A DNA stretch of 24,000 nt from Psychromonas hadalis ATCC BAA-638 (GCF_000420245.1 NZ_ATUO01000047.1:1-24000), one strand, 5' to 3'; positions 1 through 8,366 are shown, counted from the first letter of the stretch. Notes: a model not told the origin generated them from the sequence alone. Numbers and translations are program-made.

Positions 1-75
1 ACCAATCTACGTCGTTATAAAATTTCGACTTAGAATGACTAGGCTTCAATTTTATGCCTAGTATATCGGCACAAT

Positions 76-120
76 TTGCCTTGCTGACTTTGCATCTTGA
101 AGTATCATGGGTATACACTG
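76..120 (+). promoter_or_regulatory. Family-A intergenic motif, copy 1. It is sigma70-promoter-like (TTGCAT 90-95, 16-nt spacer, TATACA 112-117) and lies upstream of the DsbA-like gene.
   Basis: Sequence ttgccttgctgactttgcatcttgaagtatcatgggtatacactg. A closely related core recurs at 2307-2343 (-), 4815-4857 (-) and 8326-8366 (+). This copy is co-oriented with ATG 186 and 66 nt upstream of it. Confidence 0.35.
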
Positions 121-185
121 TTTCTCTGCACCGCATCGTGACTGACAAAGCACCTTGAAATAATAGAGCGATAAAGGAAAAGTAG

Positions 186-833
186 ATGAGTAAGGCCATT
201 TTATATTATGTATATGATCCGATGTGCAGTTGGTGTTGGGGTTATCAAGTGACTTGGGATAAGTTACACGTTTTATTAAATCAACAATTCGCTACTCAAC
301 TGCACGTTCAATATGTAGTGGGGGGATTAGCACCAGACTCAGATGTAACCATGACAGAAGAGATGCAACGGTTTTTACAGGAAACTTGGTCGTCTATTCA
401 TGCGCAATTAGGTACACCTTTTAACGTTGATTTTTGGACAAACTGCCAACCTAAACGCTCCACCTATCCTGCCTGTCGTGCGATACTCGTCGCACGTCAA
501 CAGGGGCTGGAAAAACAGATGCTTCAAGCGATTCAACAGGGCTATTATTTGCAAGCTAAAAATCCATCGGAACTGGCTACTTTAACCGAGTTCGCCACGC
601 AAATAGGGCTAGAGGCTGATACTTTTCAAAGCAGCATAAAAAGTGAATTGATTGAGAAGCAACTGCAACATGAAATCAGTATGGCTAGACAGTTACCCAT
701 TCAAGGTTTTCCATCCTTAGTCTTACACATAAATGGGCAAGACCATGCGCTTGAGTTGGATTACCTGCAGGCTGAAACCTCACTACAACAGATACAGTCC
801 ATAATCAACGCTGAAAAAATGCACTTAATATAA
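186..833 (+). CDS. DsbA-family thioredoxin-fold protein (putative thiol:disulfide oxidoreductase)
   Basis: 215-aa ORF. The N-terminus YDPMCSWCWG carries a CxxC redox motif (CSWC) at the position expected for the DsbA/FrnE fold. SD-like aagga at 174-178 lies 7 nt before the ATG. Confidence 0.8.
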   Translation: MSKAILYYVYDPMCSWCWGYQVTWDKLHVLLNQQFATQLHVQYVVGGLAPDSDVTMTEEMQRFLQETWSSIHAQLGTPFNVDFWTNCQPKRSTYPACRAILVARQQGLEKQMLQAIQQGYYLQAKNPSELATLTEFATQIGLEADTFQSSIKSELIEKQLQHEISMARQLPIQGFPSLVLHINGQDHALELDYLQAETSLQQIQSIINAEKMHLI

Positions 834-1300
834 ACATCGCTAAGGTCATTTAATGAGGCTGTGTGCTATCACTGGGCTTGTTTCCTACGCTACACGCTGA
901 CAAAAAGCACAAATAAAACGCTTACAACGTCAAAACCGTTGATAAAGCAAACTCTGCCCGTATTACGCATCAAAAGCTACGCTTTGTTTCGCACCGATTT
1001 TCACGCTATTTATGAGCAACTTTGTAAGCTAGGCGTTTATGTACGCTCACCGATGAACATAATGCATGACGTTTTGGTATTGCAGATAACGCACCGTTAA
1101 AATGATTAGAGCAATTATGTAACACGACCACCTTTCTACAAATAGTGAGATCATGAGGTAACATGGGTATATACGCCTCTTTTAATGCGTCAGATTGATA
1201 AGTTATTTATCGTATTGTCCATAAATGTGACCCATGTAATTTACTTTAGAAGACCTAATCAGCAGAATCACATTTACCCCTTAATCAACAGCAGAGAAAA

Positions 1301-2161
1301 ATGATGAGCAATGAATATATACCCGCTAACGTTTGGGTTGATGATAGTAATAGCGATAATAAGTGGGCTAATATCAATCGTCCTGTTTCTGGGGCGACCC
1401 ACCAAAAAAAACGACCTGTTGGTCAGCACCCACTGCAACTTTACTCATTAGGCACACCAAACGGACAGAAAGTAACGATTCTTTTAGAAGAGTTATTAGC
1501 GTTGGGGATTCAAGAAGCAGAATATGATGCTTACCTCATTAATATTGGCGAGGGAGAGCAGTTTTCTTCTGGATTTGTGGAGGTCAATCCCAACTCAAAA
1601 ATACCCGCCTTAGTGGATAAATCGGCTGATGATGAAGTGAACGTATTTGAATCCGCTTCAATCCTGGTTTATTTAGCAGAGAAATTCGGCCAGTTTTTAG
1701 CTAAAGAGGGCGCAGCCCGCACGCAAACGTTTAACTGGCTATTTTGGGCGCAAGGTTCAGCCCCCTTTTTAGGCGGTGGATTTGGTCATTTTTACGCTTA
1801 TGCCGATGAAAAACAACAATACCCGATCAACCGTTTTGCCATGGAAGTTAAACGTCAGTTAGATGTATTAGACAAGCAACTGGCTAAAAACCGCTATGTG
1901 GCGGGTGGAGAGTACAGTATTGCTGATATGGCTATTTGGCCGTGGTACGGAAATTTAGTATTAGGCAATTTATATGATGCCGCAGAGTTCTTACAAGTAG
2001 AAACCTACCGTCACGTTGTTCGTTGGGCGAAAATGCTTGCACAAAGAGAAGCGCTGCAACGTGGACGTATCATAAATTGTTCGTGGGGTGAAGAGTGGGA
2101 GCAAGTCCCTGAACGTCACAGCGCTGCAGATATTGATCAAGTGATAAAATTAGGTCGCTAA
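1301..2161 (+). CDS. yghU: Nu-class glutathione S-transferase, YghU-like
   Basis: 286-aa ORF. Long stretches match my recollection of E. coli YghU (NINRPVSG.TH...PVG.HPLQLYSLGTPNGQKVTI.LEELLALG, FSSGFVEVNPNSKIPAL, IADMAIWPW). Length is also as expected (about 288 aa). Confidence 0.9.
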   Translation: MMSNEYIPANVWVDDSNSDNKWANINRPVSGATHQKKRPVGQHPLQLYSLGTPNGQKVTILLEELLALGIQEAEYDAYLINIGEGEQFSSGFVEVNPNSKIPALVDKSADDEVNVFESASILVYLAEKFGQFLAKEGAARTQTFNWLFWAQGSAPFLGGGFGHFYAYADEKQQYPINRFAMEVKRQLDVLDKQLAKNRYVAGGEYSIADMAIWPWYGNLVLGNLYDAAEFLQVETYRHVVRWAKMLAQREALQRGRIINCSWGEEWEQVPERHSAADIDQVIKLGR

Positions 2162-2306
2162 TATTTTCAAGGTGGTTAAGTTTCATTCGCTCAAATAGCC
2201 GTTTAAAAAACATAAAGTAGGCATGTGCTTTCTGTTTTTTTCTGAACAAGCATGCACGGCATCGCGCTATCTTTTTATCTTTAACTTATTGGTTTTTATA
2301 TCAACG

Positions 2307-2343
2307 ATACCCATGATACTTCGAGATGCAAGTTGCCTTGCCC
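2307..2343 (-). repeat. Family-A intergenic motif, copy 2 (inverted, no co-oriented gene downstream)
   Basis: The reverse complement gggcaaggcaacttgcatctcgaagtatcatgggtat matches the core tgcatcttgaagtatcatgggtat of copy 1 with one mismatch. Confidence 0.6.
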
Positions 2344-2408
2344 TATGGGGCTCAAGCTCGAAAATCAACCCTGCGTTGCAACAATCGGAAAGGGAATAAC
2401 TATTACCT

Positions 2409-2664
2409 CACGGCAAGCGCATTATAAATATTAGCGAATACATTGATTGGTGAGTTTTTACACGTAAAAACCAATTAACCACGAAGGCACGAAGAAAAAA
2501 GAAGTTTAAGGTCACACTCTATTTTTTATTAAGCCTTTCTTGGTGTTCTCTGTGCAACGCAGTGGCTTCGTGGTTATGTTTTTTCAATCAAGTTTGTATG
2601 ACTAGAATATCAGCGCTCATTTAATGCTCTAAATATGTTCAAAAAGCGTAATGCGCTTGCCGTG
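2409..2664. repeat. 256-bp nested palindromic (MITE/REP-like) element
   Basis: Perfect 16-bp inverted repeat cacggcaagcgcatta (2409-2424) / taatgcgcttgccgtg (2649-2664). Inner inverted repeat aaccacgaag (2477-2486) / cttcgtggtt (2566-2575), extendable to 15 bp with 1 mismatch. Extra palindrome gtttttacacgtaaaaac at about 2453-2470. Confidence 0.65.
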
Positions 2665-2733
2665 CATTGACGGCCTCTTTTGTACAAAAAACCTCAATTT
2701 GAATAGGGTGCTGATTCGTTACGTTTTTGTTTA

Positions 2734-2783
2734 ATACCAATCCGGCTAAGTAACTGATCGTTTTTACTGGTTTAAGTCGGGTA
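2734..2783 (+). repeat. Family-B (ATACCAATC-terminus) repeat, short copy B1
   Basis: ataccaatccggctaagtaactgatcgtttttactggttta matches the reverse complement of 12779-12819 with a single mismatch. It shares its terminus and layout with 13570-13791. Confidence 0.7.
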
Positions 2784-2846
2784 TTATGTTGCCATTAATG
2801 AAATGAATGGAAGGTATGGATCTCCTGCCTTTTTTGATGAGGTAAA

Positions 2847-3419
2847 ATGAAAATAGAAGACAGTGGCATGCCTGAAGAATTATATTGGAACAGCTTATTC
2901 AATATTAAAAGTATTATTGATTGGTTGGACATCCCGGAGAAATCCACAATCGTTGAAGTTGGGTTTGGTTACGGAACTTTTACGGTGCCTATTGCCGCCC
3001 TCAGCCCAAAAAATACGCTTGTTGCATTCGATATAGAGCCCGATATGGTTGAAATTGCTAGGCGCAATCTCTCTAATGCAGGCCTCTCTAATGTTGAATG
3101 TATTTTACGTGACGTTCTAGCCGAAGGAACTGCTCTTGAATCGGAAAGTGTTGATGTTGTTTTACTTTTCAATATCCTTCATTTCAATGAAAGAAATCTT
3201 CTGCTTCAAGAGACATCTCGCATTCTCAAGAAAGGCGGAATCGTTGCAATTATTCACTGGAGAAAAGATATCCCTACTCCACGAGGGCCTGCTATCGAGC
3301 TTCGACCAGACATTGCTCAAATCATGAGCGCATCGGAAGGGTTAGAATTGGCTTTTCATGGTAATAGCAAGGCGCTAAAGCCATATCATTGGGGGATCCA
3401 ACTAGTGAAAATGCCTTAA
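2847..3419 (+). CDS. Class I SAM-dependent methyltransferase (small-molecule type)
   Basis: 190-aa ORF. Motif I VEVGFGYGTFTVP, acidic post-I FDIEPDM, VVLLFNILHF, LKKGGIVAII. SD gaggt at 2838-2842. Confidence 0.8.
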   Translation: MKIEDSGMPEELYWNSLFNIKSIIDWLDIPEKSTIVEVGFGYGTFTVPIAALSPKNTLVAFDIEPDMVEIARRNLSNAGLSNVECILRDVLAEGTALESESVDVVLLFNILHFNERNLLLQETSRILKKGGIVAIIHWRKDIPTPRGPAIELRPDIAQIMSASEGLELAFHGNSKALKPYHWGIQLVKMP

Positions 3420-3511
3420 ATAAAAAAATTGCAATCCTAAAATGTTTTCTCAAGCAGTTCGGAAACATTACAGCATAGAAAATCAGTTACGCAGGGTAGT
3501 TGATGTTAGTT

Positions 3512-4777
3512 TTAAATCGCCTCATCATCAAAATAAAAGTTAATACGGTCACATGGATTCAAATAGTCTTTGGCCTCTTGTGGTAGTTTTTCCACTGAAA
3601 CAACTCTTTCTATTTTTAACTCATTTTCATTTATCTTTATGATCGGCGCTTCTTTCTTAGGAATAGCGGGATCATAAATAAGCACATTGGGTTGCATTAT
3701 TTGGTTTTCAGTGACGCTGATGACCAAAGCAATCCGATTGTCTGAAAGTTGTACAACAGATCCGGGCGGATAGATGCCTAGTTTTTTAATTAATATGCCC
3801 AATATATTCTTATTGAGTTGCTTACTTTTGTTTTTATAGAGGTAAGAGAGAGCATAATTTGGGCTACGCGCTGGGTGCTTATCTGTTGGATTGCACATAT
3901 TGTCAAATTCATTGGCAATGGTGACAATTTGCGTTAATAAATTGATTTTTTTAGCGCTTAATTTATTTGGATAACCACTGCCATCGAGATATTCATGATG
4001 CTGGCTAATAATTTCGCGTACTGGCTCAGGGAAATCGACAATGCTTTTTACTCTATCAACCCCATATTGCACATGCATTTTATAAAAATTATTTTCCGCA
4101 GTGGTTATTTCAGGTTTGTTGTTGAGAATATTGTCGGGAACTTTAGTTTTGCCAATATCATGAAATAGAGCGCCTAAACCGAGGTAATTTAACTCTTCCT
4201 TAGAAAGCTTTAATGCGTTGCCTAAAATCATCGCTAAAATTGCCACATGGAAAGCATGACTGTGATACTGGCCTCCTGTTTTACCGCTTTTTCCATGCTC
4301 CATTAAATGCAACACGCTATTGTTGCCACTCATTAATTTACTGCTAATATCTCCTATCAGAAGCTGGGCTTCTGCTAATGCTTCTGCTGTTTGATTTCCC
4401 ATTTTTAAATTAATGGCTCGAACAGATGCTAGGGATTGATCAAAATCTTTTTGACATTTTCGTAAATTACGTAGGTATGATTTATTCTCTTGAACACGCT
4501 GCTCTTTTTCTTTCCATAATGCTTCGAGATAAGCATCGGCTTCACTACTGTCTTGTTTTTCTGGCGTCGCTTCAATCGTTGCGGCGGGGGGAGTGACATC
4601 ACTTTTATCTGGATAATAGATAACATACTTCAAACCTAATGAGCGCAACACCTTGATCTGATCCTGATTTTTAATTTTAAAATTGCCAAAAACAAATGGG
4701 TGATTTACCCATGAGCAAGGAAGCTGAATATATAAACCGGGGGTAAGTCTATCCAGTGGCAGTTTTATTTTATTCAT
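3512..4777 (-). CDS. HD-GYP domain c-di-GMP phosphodiesterase with an N-terminal DUF3391-like region
   Basis: 421-aa ORF. HD motif (ALFHDIGK), HHEYLDGSGYP signature, SD aagag upstream. Confidence 0.88.
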   Translation of the reverse strand: MNKIKLPLDRLTPGLYIQLPCSWVNHPFVFGNFKIKNQDQIKVLRSLGLKYVIYYPDKSDVTPPAATIEATPEKQDSSEADAYLEALWKEKEQRVQENKSYLRNLRKCQKDFDQSLASVRAINLKMGNQTAEALAEAQLLIGDISSKLMSGNNSVLHLMEHGKSGKTGGQYHSHAFHVAILAMILGNALKLSKEELNYLGLGALFHDIGKTKVPDNILNNKPEITTAENNFYKMHVQYGVDRVKSIVDFPEPVREIISQHHEYLDGSGYPNKLSAKKINLLTQIVTIANEFDNMCNPTDKHPARSPNYALSYLYKNKSKQLNKNILGILIKKLGIYPPGSVVQLSDNRIALVISVTENQIMQPNVLIYDPAIPKKEAPIIKINENELKIERVVSVEKLPQEAKDYLNPCDRINFYFDDEAI

Positions 4778-4814
4778 CTCTTATTACCAATTAAGTTGCT
4801 TATTCATCAATAGA

Positions 4815-4857
4815 TTTATACTCAACCTACTTCAAGATACAGGAATCAGCAAGTCAA
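4815..4857 (-). promoter_or_regulatory. Family-A intergenic motif, copy 3. Promoter-like, co-oriented with the HD-GYP gene and roughly 40-80 nt upstream of it.
   Basis: The reverse complement ttgacttgctgattcctgtatcttgaagtaggttgagtataaa aligns with copy 1 (ttgccttgctgactttgcatcttgaagtatcatgggtataca). The -10-like TATAAA is the reverse complement of 4815-4820; the -35-aligned CTGTAT is the reverse complement of 4837-4842. Confidence 0.35.
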
Positions 4858-5152
4858 TAAATGAAGCGATTCTGAGTCGTTACCGATAACGGTGGAACGC
4901 GCCATATTAGTGTTTGAAAAGCATATTGTCATTAACTAGAAACGATTATTTTAACGTACTTTAAAATATGTAAATTAAGATGCGATGCGTACTGAGATGA
5001 AAAAGGCGACTTATTTAGAGGTTAATGCTGATCATTTAAGGAGATTTTAAGAAAATTTGAACGGTCTTACAGATAGATCACACCCCTCAATCATATAGTT
5101 ATGAAAACCTTACTTTTCAACCATTTAACAGATAGTTTATGTTGTAAAAATA

Positions 5153-5584
5153 GTAACTACTCAGCACCTATCTCACACTTTTGATGGCTTATAGAGGATC
5201 AAAAAAGATCGACTTGCTTGATCCTTTTTAGCCGTTACTCTAAATACTTTCCTCCTACAGGCGTAACCCGCAGAATGAAAGTAAATGGTATCGATATTGA
5301 AAGTAATGTTGAACGCTTACAAAACTATGAAGATGATGTGCTCAGGTTTATGGTTGATAGGGAGGTTCCTTTTACCAATAATCAAGGAGAAAATGACTTG
5401 AGGATGGCAAAAGTTCAGCAAAAGATATCCGGTTGCTTTAGAAGTGAATATGGTGCCGAAATGTTTTTTGGCCTCAGAAGCTACCTATCTAGTTGTAAAA
5501 AGCAGGGAGTTAGTGCATCTACAGCTTTAGCGTTATTGCTAAAGGGTATGCTAGCAAATATTTTTACCTCTGCTGAGTAGTTAC
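5153..5584 (+). mobile_element. Internally deleted IS66-family element (432 bp, non-autonomous)
   Basis: Perfect 14-bp terminal inverted repeats gtaactactcagca (5153-5166) / tgctgagtagttac (5571-5584), beginning GTAA as in IS66-family ends. They enclose only the C-terminal part of a transposase. No target-site duplication is evident. Confidence 0.75.
5218..5580 (+). pseudogene. IS66-family transposase, C-terminal fragment only
   Basis: The ORF-track peptide contains VPFTNNQGENDLRM, KISGCFRS and GLRSYLSSCKKQG. I recognise these as the conserved C-terminus of single-ORF IS66-family transposases. The N-terminal 75 percent or more is missing, and the track start is a non-ATG codon. Confidence 0.7.
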
Positions 5585-5720
5585 ATTTCATCTTCAATTC
5601 ATTTTTATGAAACCCAATATTTACTTATGTGTTTTGATAAATTCGATTTTATTATTAAAACATCGCATTGCCAGTAAACTTGTTATTTTCTCATTAATAT
5701 TGCCAGCCACCAGCATAAAT

Positions 5721-6728
5721 TTACTTGGTACAAATATCATGATTTTGGGGAGTGCAATACGTTAGTGGCGTATAAAGGATTTTTTTATAATGTTGTTTTT
5801 TGACAATTTTAAGAAGTGTAAGTATTGCCTGTCTTCCCATTTCATAAGGACTTTGACCAATATTTACATGGGCAAGATTATCACTTAACATACTTAATTG
5901 GTTTTCTGATGCATCCGATATAATAAGTACGGTCTCATTTCGATTAAGTTTATCTTTAAACGGTTCAATCATCTTGCGGTAGTCGCTTTCATTATTTTGT
6001 GGCCAACCTCCAACAGCAACAAAGGCATCAACTTTATTCGGCTGTGTTTTCAAAACGGACTCTAGCTGTTTTACAGATCGGAGGATATCATCATAATTGA
6101 GTAACGGGAGACGGACTTCAGTCCAACCTAAATCGTTTACCAGCATTTTACCCGGTGATATTTTATATGTTTTTCCTGATAGAGCTGAACGCAAACCCAT
6201 TATTCTTAAGTTTAAATTAGGTGAATCTGGTCGCCCAGTTTGAATCAGCAGTTTTCCTCCCTGAGGTTTTAATTTTTTTAGCTGCTCACCAAACGCCCTA
6301 CCAAGTTCAAAATTGTCTGTTCCTATGTAAGCCAAACGCAAGTTTCCATATTGCTTTAGGGTAGCAGCATCAAAGTCGGAGTCATAAGTGACAATAGGAA
6401 TGCCCGCCTTTCTCGCTTTTTGCAGGCTACTTCTGGCTAATAAACCAGACTCTGTCACGGCGATAGCAATGCCATCAACCCCTTCATTGATCAGCTGCTC
6501 TATAATTTTGTCCTGCTTTCTAACATCTCCCTCCTCAGGGCCACGGTATATGCACTCGACACCTTCAATTTCTGCAGCCGCCGCTATACAGCCGTCACCG
6601 CTTTTATCAAAAAAAACACTATAGTATTTTGGAACGACAGCAAATTTCAGATTTTTTGCGCTAGCAGGAAATACGCTAAATATTAAAAACGCTATGGTTA
6701 GCTTTAACAGATTATCTTTCATATACAT
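5721..6728 (-). CDS. Periplasmic sugar-binding protein (PBP type I, RbsB/LsrB-like), orphan
   Basis: 335-aa ORF. Signal peptide with ASA cleavage motif (LIFSVFPASA-KN). Alternating beta-alpha pattern (KFAVVPK, VDGIAIAV, IPIVTYDSD, AYIGTDN) typical of the Peripla_BP family. No permease or ATPase gene is adjacent. Confidence 0.78.
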   Translation of the reverse strand: MYMKDNLLKLTIAFLIFSVFPASAKNLKFAVVPKYYSVFFDKSGDGCIAAAAEIEGVECIYRGPEEGDVRKQDKIIEQLINEGVDGIAIAVTESGLLARSSLQKARKAGIPIVTYDSDFDAATLKQYGNLRLAYIGTDNFELGRAFGEQLKKLKPQGGKLLIQTGRPDSPNLNLRIMGLRSALSGKTYKISPGKMLVNDLGWTEVRLPLLNYDDILRSVKQLESVLKTQPNKVDAFVAVGGWPQNNESDYRKMIEPFKDKLNRNETVLIISDASENQLSMLSDNLAHVNIGQSPYEMGRQAILTLLKIVKKQHYKKILYTPLTYCTPQNHDICTK

Positions 6729-7014
6729 TTATCACAAACCTCGAATTCTTGCGCTTAGTTAGATAACAACACGTTAAAACATCTTTGCTTACGACTGCCG
6801 TTTTTTACAGCGTTAATTTAACTCTTCATCGAAGAGTATCAAAGGGAAGTAATCAATGTATTGTAAGCCTCACACTTTAGGCTGAAAATGGTAAGCATGT
6901 TTATTAGGGAAGTATAGATGTACTGGGTTTTGAGCTTACCCTTTCTGAAAAAATCGATCCTGAACATGAGTTGTGGTTAGCCTAACGCTAAACACGGAAA
7001 ATGTTCATTAAAGC

Positions 7015-7053
7015 AAAATCCATCAGTTGTTACTGATGGATTTTGTTATTTTT
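7015..7053 (+). terminator. Rho-independent terminator-like hairpin (possibly bidirectional) with no annotated gene upstream
   Basis: Perfect 12-bp stem aaaatccatcag (7015-7026) / ctgatggatttt (7033-7044), 6-nt loop, then gttattttt. Confidence 0.55.
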
Positions 7054-7367
7054 AATGCCTGTGTATATTGGGTTTTGATTACTTAGTCTTTACGCTGTTA
7101 TCGTCTCAAACCTTCACATTGCTATTAACTTTAGCGAGCCACTTACCTAAGTTGAAAGCGTTGTGCGTCTTCACGACATCGAGTATATTTTTCAATAAAT
7201 TCAGTTTTAGATAGGTGCTCATCCCCAAAAAAGAAACCACTACTGGTCGCAATTTCCTGATAATGCTGTTCAATCAAATCCAATACTAAATCAGCCTTTT
7301 TAAGCGTATCAGCGTTACAAGATTGCCCGTTGTCGAGCTATGACCCCTTAACCAAAATTAAAAAAGA

Positions 7368-7397
7368 TTGCTCAATCCACTACCTTTTTTCTATAAT
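7368..7397 (+). promoter_or_regulatory. Putative sigma70 promoter of the HAD-IIA gene
   Basis: -35-like TTGCTC (7368-7373), 18-nt spacer, consensus -10 TATAAT (7392-7397). It lies about 50 nt upstream of GTG 7448, and SD agga at 7435-7438 sits in between. Confidence 0.45.
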
Positions 7398-7447
7398 AGT
7401 GAATTTAGCGACTTACCTTATCGCCGAACAGAACAGGAATTCTTGCA

Positions 7448-8272
7448 GTGAAAATGATTAATGGCCTTACAGATATAATCGATAGCTTTGATACTTTTAT
7501 TTTGGATCAATGGGGAGTATTACACAACGGTGGAGAAGCATTTCCGCAAGCGATCCAAGCATTAACGTTTTTAAAAGAACATAACAAGAAAGTAGTTATT
7601 CTTTCTAACAGTGGTAATACCGGTAAGTTTTCTTATAGACGGTTACAAGACTCAGGTATCAGCCGTGATTTATATTTTGACGTATTAACATCGGGTGATC
7701 ACATGCGTCACAACTTCAACTCAGGAAAATTTAAAACGTTAGGTAATAAAGCTTTGTTTTTCTCATGGGATGAAGATACTAGCGCGCTTGATGATTGCGG
7801 ATTAATTGAGTCTAAGATTGAAGATGCCTCATTTATTCTCTGTTGTGGCGTTGAACGAGGTGGTCTTAGCTACTATATAGACGATTTAAAATTAGCTTAT
7901 CAACGCAACCTTCAATTAGTGGTCAGCAATCCAGACCTTGTGGCCATGACGCCAGACGGCGCATTAAAAACCTGCCCAGGAACGATTGCAAAATTTTATC
8001 AAGAGATGGGCGGAATAGTTCACTGGCACGGAAAACCGCAGAACGATATTTATGAGATGTGCAATAAATTGGTTGGGGGATGGAACAATGCAATTGCCGT
8101 CGGTGATAGCTTAGAACACGATATAGCGGGTGCCAATACTGCCTCTATATCCAGTTTGTTTATTACTAGTGGCATTCACTCGGCGGAAATTAGTGATCAA
8201 AAAAGTATTGTCAATTTAAGCAACGCATTTTCTGTCCAACCCAGCCACTGTGCTGACTGGTTTAAAGTCTGA
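7448..8272 (+). CDS. HAD-superfamily hydrolase, subfamily IIA
   Basis: 274-aa ORF. Motif I-like ILDQWGVLHNG, VILSNSG, and motif IV VGDSLEHDIAGAN. A GTG start at 7448 fits the SD spacing better than ATG 7454. Confidence 0.8.
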   Translation: MKMINGLTDIIDSFDTFILDQWGVLHNGGEAFPQAIQALTFLKEHNKKVVILSNSGNTGKFSYRRLQDSGISRDLYFDVLTSGDHMRHNFNSGKFKTLGNKALFFSWDEDTSALDDCGLIESKIEDASFILCCGVERGGLSYYIDDLKLAYQRNLQLVVSNPDLVAMTPDGALKTCPGTIAKFYQEMGGIVHWHGKPQNDIYEMCNKLVGGWNNAIAVGDSLEHDIAGANTASISSLFITSGIHSAEISDQKSIVNLSNAFSVQPSHCADWFKV

Positions 8273-8325
8273 TTTTAGCTTATTGCGAGGCAACGTGATT
8301 TAGATATACCCGTTACCAATCAAAA

Positions 8326-8366
8326 TGCTGAATTTTGCATCTTGAATGATAACGGGTATAAGTGTG
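8326..8366 (+). promoter_or_regulatory. Family-A intergenic motif, copy 4. Promoter-like (TTGCAT 8335-8340, 16-nt spacer, TATAAG 8357-8362), upstream of the LysR gene.
   Basis: tgctgaattttgcatcttgaatgataacgggtataagtgtg aligns with copy 1. It overlaps an 11-bp inverted repeat tatacccgtta (8305-8315) / taacgggtata (8350-8360). Confidence 0.35.

Noticed and set aside
861-1100. 79-aa ORF in the track (MCYHWACFLRY...)
   Set aside because: It has no SD, no recognisable motif and an odd Cys/Thr/Leu-rich composition. The minus strand is also closed. The 834-1300 gap is treated as non-coding or degenerate sequence.
2799-2812. Shared 14-mer tgaaatgaatggaa at 2799-2812 and 12069-12082 (18 of 21 when extended). 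Both copies lie about 35-40 nt upstream of a + strand ATG.
   Set aside because: In an AT-rich 24-kb window about one or two chance 14-mer matches are expected, and there is no third copy or palindromic structure. It might be a repeat edge or operator, but it is not supportable from two copies.
2817-2846. 9-codon upstream ORF (MDLLPFLMR) overlapping the methyltransferase start as TAAAATG
   Set aside because: Its putative SD is only 1 nt from the ATG and there is no conservation evidence, so it is probably fortuitous.
2969-3327. Track ORFs 2969-3172 (-) and 3136-3327 (+) inside the methyltransferase gene
   Set aside because: Both lie entirely within a well-supported CDS, antisense or out of frame, and give low-complexity peptides. 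They are typical shadow ORFs.
4429-4626. 65-aa out-of-frame ORF on the same strand, embedded within the HD-GYP gene
   Set aside because: Overlapping-frame shadow ORF within a strongly supported gene, with no independent signals.
6388-6624. 78-aa ORF antisense to the periplasmic binding-protein gene
   Set aside because: Shadow ORF giving a Ser/Pro/Ala/Leu-rich translation, as is typical of antisense frames.
6918-6983. + strand peptide LGFELTLSEKIDPEHELWLA, which faintly resembles the N-terminus of some IS5/IS1182-type transposases
   Set aside because: It is only about 20 residues, was judged from memory, and has no inverted repeats or further transposase sequence.
7147-7335. Minus-strand open frame of about 63 codons (...DLVLDLIEQHYQEIATSSGFFFGDEHLSKTEFIEKYTRCREDAQRFQLR) with no ATG and a stop immediately upstream
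   Set aside because: It looks like the C-terminal remnant of a lost gene, but I cannot assign a family and it has no start codon. Not called as a feature.
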